Positions 29,901 to 39,661 of a stretch of 64,000 nt of DNA are shown here, one piece after another. Position numbers and translations under genes: made by a program. The notes below the pieces were generated by a model, which searched no databases, was not told where the DNA came from, and saw nothing but the letters and a program-made list of their open reading frames with translations. The DNA lies in IMG/VR virus record IMGVR_UViG_3300021431_004509, positions 1 to 64,000 of that record; one strand, given 5' to 3'. How positions within the stretch are numbered: the first letter of the stretch is position 1; each line of letters starts with the position of its first letter. The stretch comes from a virus. Its lineage: Duplodnaviria; Caudoviricetes.

Positions 29901-32900
29901 AATCAAGTCAACACTTGGCGCGACATCCTCATCGTCCAGATCTTGAACGTCTGCACGGACAGACTGTATTATTTCACCAAGGCTTCCGATATCCTGCTGT
30001 ATATAACCCCATTTTTGGAGATCTTGAAGGACTTGACTAATCGTAGAGTCGTCTGCCTTTTCGTTCACCATCAGCATTCTTATGAATGCCTCGACGCCTT
30101 CGCGCGCATCCGTAGCGCTCTTGTAAATTCTCACGAAGTCGTCGATCATTTTGCCGTTGTCTTCTGACCCGCGGACTAATCTGACGTCATACTCTTGAAG
30201 TGTAGCAAGAAGTGCTCCACATGCCGCATCTGATACACCAAATGCTTCTGCCAGATCGTGCATGTTGTTATACCAGAAATCAAATGTGCCGTCAGTGTTT
30301 TCAATAATACCTGCGACCCCGTTTAATGCTTTTGCATTTTCCCGGATATAGTTTGCAAATTTTACGCCATAATCTTCATCATCTTCATCCCCACTAAATA
30401 TTGCGGAGAATAGACTATTATGAAGAGCCCTTCCGATTTCACCTGCGTCATAATCAAGAGAAGCACGAAGATCGTCTGAAAGCAAAAGCTTGCCAGCTGC
30501 CTTGATAGACCTTGCGCCAACTTTTCCGGCGGCCATATCGTCCATCGCTTTTTTGTACGCAGCGGCCATCTTTTTCAGAGAATCACCGTAATCTCCTCCG
30601 GCCATCTCATCATTATATTCTTGAAGCGCCTGCGATGTCTCACCGAGTTCATCCCGCAAAGAAACAAGATCTAATATGCTGTCGTCAAGTATCGCCGAAC
30701 TTTTGTCCGATGTATTATCAAGCTCAGTATACATGTGCCTGAAATAGCGTATGATATCTTCTGTGACATACCCTGTTTCGTTGTGCCACTTTCTAAGATC
30801 ATCTATCTGCTTTTCGGACAACCCCTTGCCAGAAAGATAAAAATCTCTGAACGCATCCTGTGTCGCTTTATCAAGTGTCTCAAAAGATTTCGTAAATTCG
30901 TTGAATGATTTTTCCGATACTTTCGACGCATCGGCGATCATATCAAGATATTCATCTATCTCGGCAATGCTGGCTTCATCCCCATGCGCGGCAAACACTT
31001 CACGCATCTCAAGAAGCTTTGTCTGATACTCCTCAAGCCCTGCACGCGCATCCGCCAGCTTGCGTTCTGCATCTTCCGCCTTACCGAATAGTTCTTCTGC
31101 TTCTTCTATACTTTTTTCCGCACTGCTTCTTAAATAATCATCGATATCGGCGTATGTCTTTTTAACGTTGGACTCAGCTTCCTCTATTTTTTCAAACTGG
31201 AGAAGCATCCCGCCAAGACCAGATCCAGACTCTACCGGTTCGACTCCGTGTCCCTCCGTGTCCGGCATGTCATAAAGCTGCGGAGAAGAAAACTTTGGAG
31301 TAAATTTGAACTCGTTAAACTCCGCTCTGGTGTCGTCATATTTTTTGTTGTCTGCCTTTGTCTGCTTGTATTCTGCAATTTGCTTTAGCAGGGCAAGCTG
31401 TTCTTCGTACCGTTCATTTTGCTCAACAAGACTGTTAAGCTCATTCTCAGACGCCTCATACGACTCATCCTTCAGTTGGTTAATTTCTTCAATGCGCTGC
31501 TCGTTTGACTTTATCTTTGCTTCAAGCTCGCTGACAGATTTTTTCGCATCGGCTGCACTCTTTGCAAGGTCTTCATAAGACGGATGATTCTTCCTATATT
31601 CTTTGACAGCAATCGTAACAGTCCCTACCGCAGCAGCAAGAGCGACTAGATACGGCAGAACACTCGCGATTGCAGGAGCCATGCTGCCCAAAATACCGCC
31701 TGTACCAAGCCACGCCATTCCGCCGCTTGCCGTCATTGCAGCTTTATATGCTGCTATCTCTTTGAAAAACGTTACTATAGAAGTGAGATTTGACACAAGC
31801 GTACCGGCGGAAAGCATCTTCAAAACAGAAACTAAGGCAGTACCACCGAGAAGCGTGCCGAGCACACCGATTTTATCGATACACCCAGTCAGGGACTCAA
31901 GCACTTTCGTCAGAAAATCAACAGCGCCTTTTGCAAAATCACTGTTGACAAACGTCATAGATAACTTTTCAAACGCAGCTTTCAACTGGTTGACATGCGC
32001 CTGAATACTGTCCATGTAAATACCGAACGCATTCTGAAGCTCACCAGCGCTGTCTCCCATGCGGGCCATCGCGTCCTCGGCTTCCTGGAATTGTTCGATA
32101 ATGGAGAAGAATACGTTCTGCTGCCTCGTACCAGCCAACTGTTCGGCGACGCCAGCCTTCTCCATGCTGGAAAGCTGACTCCACACACCGGCGATACTCT
32201 TCAGAATATCGTAGGTAGATCGATACTCACCGTTTACTGTAAAGTCGACGCCCTTGCCTGTGAGCATGTCGATAACCTTCTGATACTTGGCTTCCTCTAC
32301 AGTCTCGCCGAGATCATCCAGTTCAACAGTCGTCTTGCGGATTCTGGCCGCAATTGTACGCAAGCCGGTTGAAGACTTGCTTACATTCTGAACCGTCGTA
32401 TTGGCGGCAGTCAGCAGCGCGATCGATTGATCCAGAGAGTTGCCTGATGCGGCGAGCGCACTGCCCGCGTTGTTCATACCCTCCGCAATCTGGCTGACGC
32501 TGATCGGGAAGTTGTTGCCGACGACAACCATCTTGTCCATGATAGACTCGATCTGCCCGACATCCTGCTTGAACGCCTTGATAATGGCGGTCATTGCGTC
32601 CTGGGCCGCGGACGCGTCAATATCTCCTACGCCCTGAAGCATCGCCGTATATTTTGCAAGCACAGAGGACTCGTCCATCGTATAGCCAAGCCTTGCATAC
32701 ACGGTCGTCGCTTCAATCATATCCTTGGTGGACTGCGCAGTCTCTTTCGCGATCTTTGATACGCTGTCCGCGTAGGCGTCCATGTCCTGCTTGGAGCTGC
32801 GCGTGACGACCTGCAGCTGGTTCATCGCGGTGTCAAGCTCGACCGCGGTAGAAATCATTTTCTTGACGCCCTGAATAGCTTTCATCGTAAGATTCAGCAT

Positions 32901-35111
32901 ACTAAGCGTATACGTCAAACGACCACCAATTGCCGTGAGGCCGGTTGACCACCAGCGGCTTAGCGCATTCCCGCTTGTCTTTATTGTAGTTTCTGCATCA
33001 GAAAACGCACGAGCGAGGTCCTTGATCTGCGCCTTATGGCTTTGCTCAACCTTCGTACAACCCTCAACCGTACCCTTTAATGCTATAAGCTCTTGTTTAG
33101 TGTTAACGATCTCGGTGTACTCTTTGTTGAATTTACCTTTGCCGGCAAGTGCGTACTTATCCTCTGCTTCTGTGCATTTCTGAATTAAATCATTTATTTG
33201 CCTTAGCGCGTCGGCCTTTTTCGCTAAGTCCTTATCTGACTGTCCATCATCATGTACTGTTTTTGCTGCTTTCGCTGCTTTTTCTTGCTCTTTTGCGGCT
33301 TCCTTTGCAGCCTTTGCGGCTTCTTCTGAAGCCTGCTTCGCAGCTTTCTGTGCAGACGTGTCAGCTAACTGCGCTTTATATCTGGCAACTGCTGAAGCGG
33401 CATCTTCATATATTTGCCTGATTGTCGCTTTTTGCGCATCAGTAAGGTTCGACGCCTCTTCCTTCTGGTTAAGCTCGTCAAGTTCCTGCTTATACTTCTG
33501 CAGCGCTTCAGATACGATCTGATACTCGTTTGCATTTTTCTCCGGATCAAGCTTTGCAATATCCTTTTGCGCTGCCGCATATTTTTTGGTGACAGAAAGC
33601 AGCTGGTTATAAAACGTTGCTTCCTGCTTCGCAGATTTCGACGCCCCATCGAGAGAAACCTTCTCCTTGTCAAGATCTGCAGAAAGTATCCTCGACGTTT
33701 TCGCTTTTGCTGCCTCGGCCTGCACCGCAGCATCAACGGCCGCCTTGTGCGCCTCGTATAATTTATTTACGTCACCGAGGTCTTTCTTTTCACCGTTTAT
33801 CCAAACACCAGTATCTTTAGACGCGGCCCCGGCACTGCCACCCATCGCCTCATAAAGCTTGGTGATGTTATCTACTGTTGCTTTACTTATATTTATGTCG
33901 TTAAACTTCGTGAAATCAATCGCAGATAATTTCTTTAAGTTTGCAACATCTATACTTGCAAGCTTCCCAAGATAATCACCTAAATTATCCAGCGTTTTAC
34001 TAATCTTTAGCTCATTGAATTTCGATAAATCAACGCCGGATAGTGCCTTTATTTTCCCCGTATCCATCGAGGCAAGTATCGGAAGATTTGTTGCAAGGTG
34101 ACTTAGCGTACTGCTGATCTTCAGATCATTAAACCCATTCAGTGTAACACCAGATAACTTCAGTAAGTTATCAGCGTTAACCGCGGCTATTTTAGGGAGG
34201 TTCTCTGCAAGACTTGTAAGCGTCGCGCCACTTACCTTCAGCCCTTCGAGCCCCGTAAAATCAAAACGCAGCCCAAGCGACCCATTTGAATTGAGTGCCG
34301 AGAGCTGTGTTGCAAGATGTATAATGTTCTCAACTGACTTTGCCGAGAATGAACCGGTTCCCATTTCGGCAATGTTTCTGAATGCCTGCGACACAGCGAG
34401 AAGCTTCGTTGAATCGACCCCGGCATATGCATCGAGTGCGCCGACAAGAGCAGTGACTGATTCAATAGAACCTCTGGCGCCTTCTGATAACTGTGTTGCG
34501 GCCTCACTGATCTGTTTGAAAGACTCGACAATACTCCCGCCGCTTCCGCCGCCGACCGCTCCTACACTTTTAACACCTTCTGTCTCGATGCGTTCAAGTT
34601 TTTCAATGACAGTCCCCATCGTATCTCCGAGACGCTCTAACGCAGCGGAGAACCCTTGAACCATCTGTGAGTCAAACACCCCCCCATGAGAGTTATAGTT
34701 TTCTTCCATTAACCCTCGGAAGTTTGTTTTAACATCCATAATTGCCTGAGACGCAGTGATGCTACCATCTCTTATTTTCCTAAACTGTTCATCGAACATA
34801 AAATCGTTGCTGCCCCAAACATCGTTTAGGTTAACAGATTGTAGAAACGTCTTAAACTCTTCAAGCGACTGTTGTGCGGTATCCTTAAACCGTCTTAATT
34901 CTTCTTCAAGGATATCGATGCCATTACCAACCTTTAGGTTTTGCAACTCTCTCTCAAGTTCAGAAACTTGTTCCCTGGCAAATCTAAAAGACGACTGTAG
35001 TCTGTCGGTTTCTTCTCGTGCAGCTTTTAATTCCACACGCATCCTGTCAAGCTCTTTTTCGCCAGAAATAACAACCTTGTTGTTAATTATATTTTTATAT
35101 TCAGCCACCAC
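26919..35111 (-). CDS. Tape measure protein (TP901-type core)
   Basis: 2730 aa, helical; 'ELDTAM..L..VT', 'YARLGY', 'VGNNFPIS', 'LAGTRQ.N' core; 'YAKGGL.DYTGLA.VHG...PE.VL' C-terminus. Confidence 0.92.
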   Translation of the reverse strand: MVAEYKNIINNKVVISGEKELDRMRVELKAAREETDRLQSSFRFAREQVSELERELQNLKVGNGIDILEEELRRFKDTAQQSLEEFKTFLQSVNLNDVWGSNDFMFDEQFRKIRDGSITASQAIMDVKTNFRGLMEENYNSHGGVFDSQMVQGFSAALERLGDTMGTVIEKLERIETEGVKSVGAVGGGSGGSIVESFKQISEAATQLSEGARGSIESVTALVGALDAYAGVDSTKLLAVSQAFRNIAEMGTGSFSAKSVENIIHLATQLSALNSNGSLGLRFDFTGLEGLKVSGATLTSLAENLPKIAAVNADNLLKLSGVTLNGFNDLKISSTLSHLATNLPILASMDTGKIKALSGVDLSKFNELKISKTLDNLGDYLGKLASIDVANLKKLSAIDFTKFNDINISKATVDNITKLYEAMGGSAGAASKDTGVWINGEKKDLGDVNKLYEAHKAAVDAAVQAEAAKAKTSRILSADLDKEKVSLDGASKSAKQEATFYNQLLSVTKKYAAAQKDIAKLDPEKNANEYQIVSEALQKYKQELDELNQKEEASNLTDAQKATIRQIYEDAASAVARYKAQLADTSAQKAAKQASEEAAKAAKEAAKEQEKAAKAAKTVHDDGQSDKDLAKKADALRQINDLIQKCTEAEDKYALAGKGKFNKEYTEIVNTKQELIALKGTVEGCTKVEQSHKAQIKDLARAFSDAETTIKTSGNALSRWWSTGLTAIGGRLTYTLSMLNLTMKAIQGVKKMISTAVELDTAMNQLQVVTRSSKQDMDAYADSVSKIAKETAQSTKDMIEATTVYARLGYTMDESSVLAKYTAMLQGVGDIDASAAQDAMTAIIKAFKQDVGQIESIMDKMVVVGNNFPISVSQIAEGMNNAGSALAASGNSLDQSIALLTAANTTVQNVSKSSTGLRTIAARIRKTTVELDDLGETVEEAKYQKVIDMLTGKGVDFTVNGEYRSTYDILKSIAGVWSQLSSMEKAGVAEQLAGTRQQNVFFSIIEQFQEAEDAMARMGDSAGELQNAFGIYMDSIQAHVNQLKAAFEKLSMTFVNSDFAKGAVDFLTKVLESLTGCIDKIGVLGTLLGGTALVSVLKMLSAGTLVSNLTSIVTFFKEIAAYKAAMTASGGMAWLGTGGILGSMAPAIASVLPYLVALAAAVGTVTIAVKEYRKNHPSYEDLAKSAADAKKSVSELEAKIKSNEQRIEEINQLKDESYEASENELNSLVEQNERYEEQLALLKQIAEYKQTKADNKKYDDTRAEFNEFKFTPKFSSPQLYDMPDTEGHGVEPVESGSGLGGMLLQFEKIEEAESNVKKTYADIDDYLRSSAEKSIEEAEELFGKAEDAERKLADARAGLEEYQTKLLEMREVFAAHGDEASIAEIDEYLDMIADASKVSEKSFNEFTKSFETLDKATQDAFRDFYLSGKGLSEKQIDDLRKWHNETGYVTEDIIRYFRHMYTELDNTSDKSSAILDDSILDLVSLRDELGETSQALQEYNDEMAGGDYGDSLKKMAAAYKKAMDDMAAGKVGARSIKAAGKLLLSDDLRASLDYDAGEIGRALHNSLFSAIFSGDEDDEDYGVKFANYIRENAKALNGVAGIIENTDGTFDFWYNNMHDLAEAFGVSDAACGALLATLQEYDVRLVRGSEDNGKMIDDFVRIYKSATDAREGVEAFIRMLMVNEKADDSTISQVLQDLQKWGYIQQDIGSLGEIIQSVRADVQDLDDEDVAPSVDLIDNATDHARQIDEMLRSIFAPGYQTNVTLIPGLGGLSSAVSGVKNLINGGSTSRQGAAKALGGPTRASGETLVNELGPELISDEGKAYIANNGKPGFTDLSKDAIVFNAEDTKKILGGRYSNIPVRSLASGTTRASLRDRLLSGKKTDAMFTGGVSATFTCEVCGYSWRYGLLEYPNGITATCPKCGARYKNGKRVGGGNKDITVGHENDDYYPYYTHESYGGAQIAGYDDIWQSYIDNGSWGPQDSNVNSGVEHQKKCPHCGSTTTFSATTCKYCGYNFVTGEMPRTKQSSTRLPDLNTGAANHGGSSGYVGGGGSVGHADYASQSEPQKVDWIAVALNRVQRAAAALEKVASSGFKKLSTRASAAKDEVSKLTEEIEKQQAGMTRYEAEAKSVGLSESIAALVRDGTIDIQKYDEETRKLIDEYSEWYEKALDCKDAVEGLHQEIADLYVDMFNNAQTDFENQLKDIEHAAEMTNKDLSMIEAKGYLTSAERYEDLVGSQTEYVAKLKEELASLQTYFNDAMNSHEIEEGSEAWYEMKQEIDGVKESIADANVQLVEYQKTIRDIGWQYFDYMHEQFGKLTDEANFLINVMANDKLFDDRGQFSEKGMATVGMRVLNYNSYMEQADSYAQEMQRIQRELASDPYNKELIERRNTLISLQRQSIEAAEGEKDAVKDLVSQGIQLELSSLNDLINAYEESLDSAKDLYEYQKKVMQQTGDIAALEKQLSAYQNDTSEENRARVQKLQKQLRDARENLQETEYEQSISDQKKLLGELYDEYEEFLNKRLDDVDVLMEDMIEVTNANLTEIRNEINDAAAEVGYSVTDEMRTALSDTFANYSYVFEDISSVHTVLTNISANVSAMARASGAVKAYAKGGLIDYTGLAAVHGTPGDPEMVLSAADTKKFLEAAAMMRGLNDVGASIGSGISTGMFGSGGGIQIGTLEVNIPIGKVLDYNDMLAQMQKDPKFDRLINAITLDRAAGKSSLGKYGIRVN

Positions 35112-35123
35112 TACACCTCCTTC

Positions 35124-35822
35124 TTATAGAATCTCTTCCATCAATTGTGGAATTTTTGCGTTCACCCTTTGCATAGCGGCTTCATTATGTTTGTTTGAAA
35201 TCTCCTTAAACTTTGCAAACATCTCTGTGCCTTCTATGGCTCTAAGTTCACGACTAATCATGTAGTATGGGGCCTCCGTCCTTACGGCACGCCGGCCCCA
35301 CTTCCCATACCTATGCCATTCTTTTTTCTCGTTTCCAGGATATTTAACCCATCCTGGTTTTCTGTAATAAGCAACACCAGGAGACGGGTGCCTGCCCCAT
35401 ATGTCTGTTTTCCCGTCATCGATTGTCTTTGCACCGCCGTGCCATCCCTCCTGGAATACAGTTTGATACAAGTTGTCCGCACTGCTGCGGTGTGAGTCCA
35501 AACGGTCTGGATTGTAAAGCTCATCATAATTAGGGCCATTCGCAATCACCATTCCGCGGTCATTTGTCTTGATATCCAACAAGTCATATAGCCCGTTCTG
35601 TCTGTCATACGTAGTCGGTGTATATGCGTTATAGAATTCTTCAACGGCACGGTTGAAAATCTTGGTAATCTCTTCTTTCTGGTATTCACCGAACTCCACA
35701 TAGGCTTCTTCCATCGCGGCCTCGGTCTCCGCGCCCATTAACTCCAATGTCTTATCGGCAAGGGTATGTAGACGTGATTTTGCAGAGTCAATCAATGCGT
35801 CAATATCTCTGGTATCGCTCAT
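35124..35822 (-). CDS. Tail-region hypothetical protein (possible neck/tail completion)
   Basis: 'FYNAYTP..YDR...L' motif; position upstream of the tape measure. Confidence 0.6.
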   Translation of the reverse strand: MSDTRDIDALIDSAKSRLHTLADKTLELMGAETEAAMEEAYVEFGEYQKEEITKIFNRAVEEFYNAYTPTTYDRQNGLYDLLDIKTNDRGMVIANGPNYDELYNPDRLDSHRSSADNLYQTVFQEGWHGGAKTIDDGKTDIWGRHPSPGVAYYRKPGWVKYPGNEKKEWHRYGKWGRRAVRTEAPYYMISRELRAIEGTEMFAKFKEISNKHNEAAMQRVNAKIPQLMEEIL

Positions 35823-35831
35823 AAATTGCTC

Positions 35832-36260
35832 CTATCCGGCGTCGATACAAAGCTTTACAGACTGTATGATCGCCTCTATTAGTTTCTTGTTCGCGGCCTC
35901 ATAAACAACGTCATAGAGGTCTGAATCATATACAATGTGAAAAATATTTCCAAAATCATTTGGAATCGACACAGACGCAAAGGTCCCGATTACGACGGCT
36001 TTAATAGCACAGTCAAGAAGTTCTATGGCGATACCGTCTTCCGGTGTACGGCAGATATCCAGAACATTCTGGACGGCCTCCATATACTCGCGTGCAGATA
36101 TGGAGTGTTTGACGCAGATTTTCAGACCACGCCAATTAATAAGCTTATATGGTTGAGTCCCGACACAAGCAGCACGCAATAAATCGTCCGCTGTGACAAT
36201 GCCAGCAGGTGAATACGCTGTGGACGGACGCCCATAGACAGGCCGAGTATTACTCGCCAT
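35832..36260 (-). CDS. Hypothetical protein, distant paralog of the upstream ORF (candidate tail chaperone)
   Basis: Shares 'V.IP.D.......Y.SDL...VY.A' with 36250..36870. Confidence 0.55.
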   Translation of the reverse strand: MASNTRPVYGRPSTAYSPAGIVTADDLLRAACVGTQPYKLINWRGLKICVKHSISAREYMEAVQNVLDICRTPEDGIAIELLDCAIKAVVIGTFASVSIPNDFGNIFHIVYDSDLYDVVYEAANKKLIEAIIQSVKLCIDAG

Positions 36261-36870
36261 CTTTTGTTCCCTCGTCGTGTTCGTCGCGCAGCTTGTTCTG
36301 TTCTGCAACGACAGCCTTCACAATCTTTTCCTCGTCAATACCGCCTTCACCGATGGCGCTGATCATCTTCTTCAGATCGTCCTGCGACACACCGTCGAAC
36401 AGTCCGGCGATAGAGTTGAGAAACTGATTCGCGCTGTCCATAAAGCTGTTGAATTCGCGCTCCATCGCAGCCGCACGTGCATCGCTGCGGTCTTTGCATC
36501 GCTCGGTTACAGACCGGATGATAGTATCAAGCTGATCATTGCTGATGGCCGCATACACATGGTCGATCAAATCAGATCCGTAAAGCATCGCATACTGGCT
36601 CTCAGTATCTTCCGGCACATCAACGTTGGTATATGCGCCAACAATACAAAGTCTTGTAGCAAAGTCCCTGTTCTCCGGGATGTATTCTCCTGTATCCTTA
36701 TCAAAGCATGCGTCCGAGATAGACGTAACCAGCGCCTTTACCGCATAAAACGGAATTACACGTAGCACGACCAGGTCGTTCCCGTAATAACTGATATGCT
36801 GCTCGTTCGGAAAACGGTCGCTGATAACTTCTGCCATATTCTCAATTGTGATTCTCTTCATTTCGTCCAT
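36250..36870 (-). CDS. Hypothetical protein (candidate tail assembly chaperone)
   Basis: AGGAG SD; 'YTNVDVPED....Y..LY.SDL'. Confidence 0.6.
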   Translation of the reverse strand: MDEMKRITIENMAEVISDRFPNEQHISYYGNDLVVLRVIPFYAVKALVTSISDACFDKDTGEYIPENRDFATRLCIVGAYTNVDVPEDTESQYAMLYGSDLIDHVYAAISNDQLDTIIRSVTERCKDRSDARAAAMEREFNSFMDSANQFLNSIAGLFDGVSQDDLKKMISAIGEGGIDEEKIVKAVVAEQNKLRDEHDEGTKDGE

Positions 36871-36887
36871 TGTCGTTCTCCTTTTCT

Positions 36888-37325
36888 TCATTTCATAATA
36901 TCGATTTTGATTTCTGTACGCGGCCACTCAAGATCGACTCCGCATTGCAATGTCAAGCTCCGCAGATGCAGGCTGTCGTCGTCCACAAGAAAGCCGCTCT
37001 CAACAAATCCGTCCAGAATAAACTTGGGCACAGTATTGTCCACGTCGTGCCGTCGGTTATTCGGGTAATAGACCGTAAATGTCATATCGCATTCTTCAAT
37101 GCGCAGGTTAGTGTAACCTTGGTCTTCGATAAACCAAACGATGAAGTCCTTCCATTTCTGCTTTAAGGAGTTCATCTTGGACCTCAGCATGATCATCCAT
37201 ACATTGATCGACTCATGATATGGGTGCTCAATCGGCTTCTTCGTTGCTCGCTTATGGATAGAGAAGTAATGCTCCTCATACCGCCGCAAGGTTTCCTCAT
37301 CAAATACCAATTTGATCTCTTTCAT
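36888..37325 (-). CDS. rusA: RusA-family Holliday junction resolvase
   Basis: 'RRHDVDNTVPKFILDG.V..G.LVDD' catalytic signature. Confidence 0.85.
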   Translation of the reverse strand: MKEIKLVFDEETLRRYEEHYFSIHKRATKKPIEHPYHESINVWMIMLRSKMNSLKQKWKDFIVWFIEDQGYTNLRIEECDMTFTVYYPNNRRHDVDNTVPKFILDGFVESGFLVDDDSLHLRSLTLQCGVDLEWPRTEIKIDIMK

Positions 37326-37338
37326 ATCAGCTCCCATT

Positions 37339-37369
37339 AAAAAAAAGGAGATAGCGTAAGCTACCTCCC
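37339..37369 (-). terminator. Rho-independent terminator
   Basis: Minus strand GGAGGTAGC-TTAC-GCTATCTCC-TTTTTTTT. Confidence 0.75.
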
Positions 37370-37378
37370 TCGTCAATG

Positions 37379-37612
37379 TTATTGCTCCTCGGCTTTGGCC
37401 GTGGATCTTTTTCTTGCCCGCTTTGGCTTCTCCGCTCCCTGCGGCTTTGCCTCACCGCGCGATTCCAGAATTCGCGCCAGATAAATGGCACCGTGCTCCG
37501 GGCAGCACGCAACGTCCTGCCAGCGGAATTCATTGTTCAAATTCGGGCGGAGTGTGTGGCACGCTTCATACTCCGCGCCACACACCTTACATACCTTTAT
37601 TCCCTTCGCCAT
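37379..37612 (-). CDS. Small Cys-rich protein
   Basis: 'CKVCG..Y..C....WQ.VACC.EHG'; follows the major tail gene. Confidence 0.65.
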   Translation of the reverse strand: MAKGIKVCKVCGAEYEACHTLRPNLNNEFRWQDVACCPEHGAIYLARILESRGEAKPQGAEKPKRARKRSTAKAEEQ

Positions 37613-37627
37613 GTTGACTCCTGTGGA

Positions 37628-38416
37628 TTAGGCCACATCCTCGGCGTTTGCACCGAACACGATCATATCCCACAGAGTGCCGCCAGCGCCGCAGGCGCCG
37701 GACAGGCCCTCGGCCTCAAAGTTATGCACGCTCTGGTCGTCGCCGAAGTCCAGAGTGAACTCGCCGTTGAAGTCGGCCTTGGGGATATGGAACTGCACAT
37801 GGTACAGGTTGGCGCACTTGTCCTCGCCGATGCAGTCGATGTAGAGCTCGCACTTGCTGGAGTACTTGTCGCTCTGGTTGCTCAGGACGTTTGCGTTGAT
37901 CTTCCGCTTGTAGTACACAGCGATCTGGGTGCCGGCCTTAACATCCTCGGAGAAGGTGAGCTTCTTGGTAGCAGGATCATACGCGAACTTGCCCTTGGAG
38001 GCGGTCGCATCCTGGGTCAGAGAAGCGCGGACGGTGCCGACAGTCTCAAGAATATAGAGCTCCACGATCTCGGCACCGGCGGTACCGATCGCCTTGTACG
38101 CAGTCTGGGCGGTGTGGTCAGCACCAACGGTCAGGAAGTCGTTCCACATGACCTCGGTGCTCTTATCCTCAAACTTGCTGCCGGTCTGCATTTCGACCAG
38201 ACCGCAGGAGAGCATACCGTTGGCGCCGCTGATAGTCATAGTCTTATTGCGCTTCAGGGAGCTGAGCTTACGGCCCTGCTTACCGGTGATGTCGACCTTC
38301 TCCTGACCCTGAGCCAGGGAGGCGTTCTGCAGCTCGTCAAGAGTCCACATATAGTCGCCGGTCGTGATGTCAAAAGCGTTGATGGTCTCAAGGCTGGTGA
38401 TCATAATATCAACCAT
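37628..38416 (-). CDS. Major tail tube protein
   Basis: Strong codon bias, 262 aa, position after head-tail genes, 'IPKA.F.GEF.LDFGD'. Confidence 0.75.
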   Translation of the reverse strand: MVDIMITSLETINAFDITTGDYMWTLDELQNASLAQGQEKVDITGKQGRKLSSLKRNKTMTISGANGMLSCGLVEMQTGSKFEDKSTEVMWNDFLTVGADHTAQTAYKAIGTAGAEIVELYILETVGTVRASLTQDATASKGKFAYDPATKKLTFSEDVKAGTQIAVYYKRKINANVLSNQSDKYSSKCELYIDCIGEDKCANLYHVQFHIPKADFNGEFTLDFGDDQSVHNFEAEGLSGACGAGGTLWDMIVFGANAEDVA

Positions 38417-38429
38417 GATAAATTCCTCC

Positions 38430-39137
38430 TTATTTGTGTGTCAGCCAGTTTAATTCATCCGGGCTGAGTTTTTTGGGGTCAACGGTTCCCGCATAGACCC
38501 CATGCATCTTGTTGTCGAAATCGACTTTCTTTTGTATTTGTCTAACACTTTCGTTAAATTGATAGATAGAGAGTTCTCGTGTCCCCTCGTATCCGTATTT
38601 GAACTGCTCTGTGTTGACCATTGCTATGATAAGCTGTTCGAGCTGGGATTCCGTCTTGCGCTTCTTTTTGCGCTTCGCTTTTTTCCGCGCTCGCTCCAGC
38701 ATATATTCCTGGGCGTCTTTATTCCCAGGCTTATGGTTATCCTTCTCGATGTGATGTATCTTCCTGAGAAGATTTGCGATCCGCGTGTGGATCACGCGAT
38801 CGATCACAATATCGTTCTCCTCGTCGTAAAGCACCATAGCCCCGGTCTCAGTATTTTGACCGAGTGTAAATTTTGTGAGATCCAAATCGTGAAACACCAG
38901 ACTGGTGTCAAGATCTTTGATTCCGTTGAACAGCATAAGAAACAGATCGTATTCGTTAATCGTTGTAAAGTCTACGCCGATATCATCAAGCTGCACCATA
39001 TAGTCGATCGGCATTGCCGTAAGAACGGAAATGATACTGTAGTATGCGTCCTCCTGATCCAGGATCTCTCCAACTGTCGGTATCACGATCCCAATCTTGT
39101 CATTGATCTGCACGACTCTGTCGTATAACAGACTCAT
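38430..39137 (-). CDS. Conserved phage morphogenesis protein
   Basis: 'IPTVGEI', 'LSIYQFN...R..KK..FD....G.YAG'. Confidence 0.65.
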   Translation of the reverse strand: MSLLYDRVVQINDKIGIVIPTVGEILDQEDAYYSIISVLTAMPIDYMVQLDDIGVDFTTINEYDLFLMLFNGIKDLDTSLVFHDLDLTKFTLGQNTETGAMVLYDEENDIVIDRVIHTRIANLLRKIHHIEKDNHKPGNKDAQEYMLERARKKAKRKKKRKTESQLEQLIIAMVNTEQFKYGYEGTRELSIYQFNESVRQIQKKVDFDNKMHGVYAGTVDPKKLSPDELNWLTHK

Positions 39138-39661
39138 TGCGCAACCACTCCAGTCTTCCTGTTGATCGGCATTTGCTTCCCGGTTGGGTGTGGGCGGTTC
39201 CAGTCTCTTGTGTGGAAAACAATCTGTTTTCCCTGATAGTCCATCATCGGCGCAAAACGCCGCACGGAATAAAGTTCCAATTCACCCATCCCGTAAAACC
39301 TGCTTCCGTTAAGCGATTTGACGACTTCGTGTGCAAGCTTATCCGTCCGTACGCCGCCTTCCGGCAGACGCAGCAGACTCTTGTGGGTAAACACCCAAAT
39401 GTATAAAACCGGTTTGTACACAGTTTTATTCGCCCTGTCGCCTTCGGACAGGAGGTCTACGTCGCAGCACACAAATGTCTCGCCGTGTTCCACGGTCTCA
39501 GGCACATACTCATAGGGGAAAACATTTTGATAAACAAGCTCCCCTGCATCGGCCATCTCGATATTCTCGTCGATTAGCCTTACGATGTTTTCATTTGTCA
39601 ACAGGTCGCTCATGACCTGATTCTTGTAGCCGAAGAATTCATCCAGATACATTACAGCCAA
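39134..39661 (-). CDS. Putative tail terminator
   Basis: 'VFPYEYVP', 'RTD.L....K.LNGS..YG.G.L'; position. Confidence 0.6.
   Translation of the reverse strand: MAVMYLDEFFGYKNQVMSDLLTNENIVRLIDENIEMADAGELVYQNVFPYEYVPETVEHGETFVCCDVDLLSEGDRANKTVYKPVLYIWVFTHKSLLRLPEGGVRTDKLAHEVVKSLNGSRFYGMGELELYSVRRFAPMMDYQGKQIVFHTRDWNRPHPTGKQMPINRKTGVVAQ

Noticed and set aside
35832-37612. Programmed -1 frameshift in tail chaperones
   Set aside because: No convincing slippery heptamer at the ORF overlaps; each ORF has its own start.
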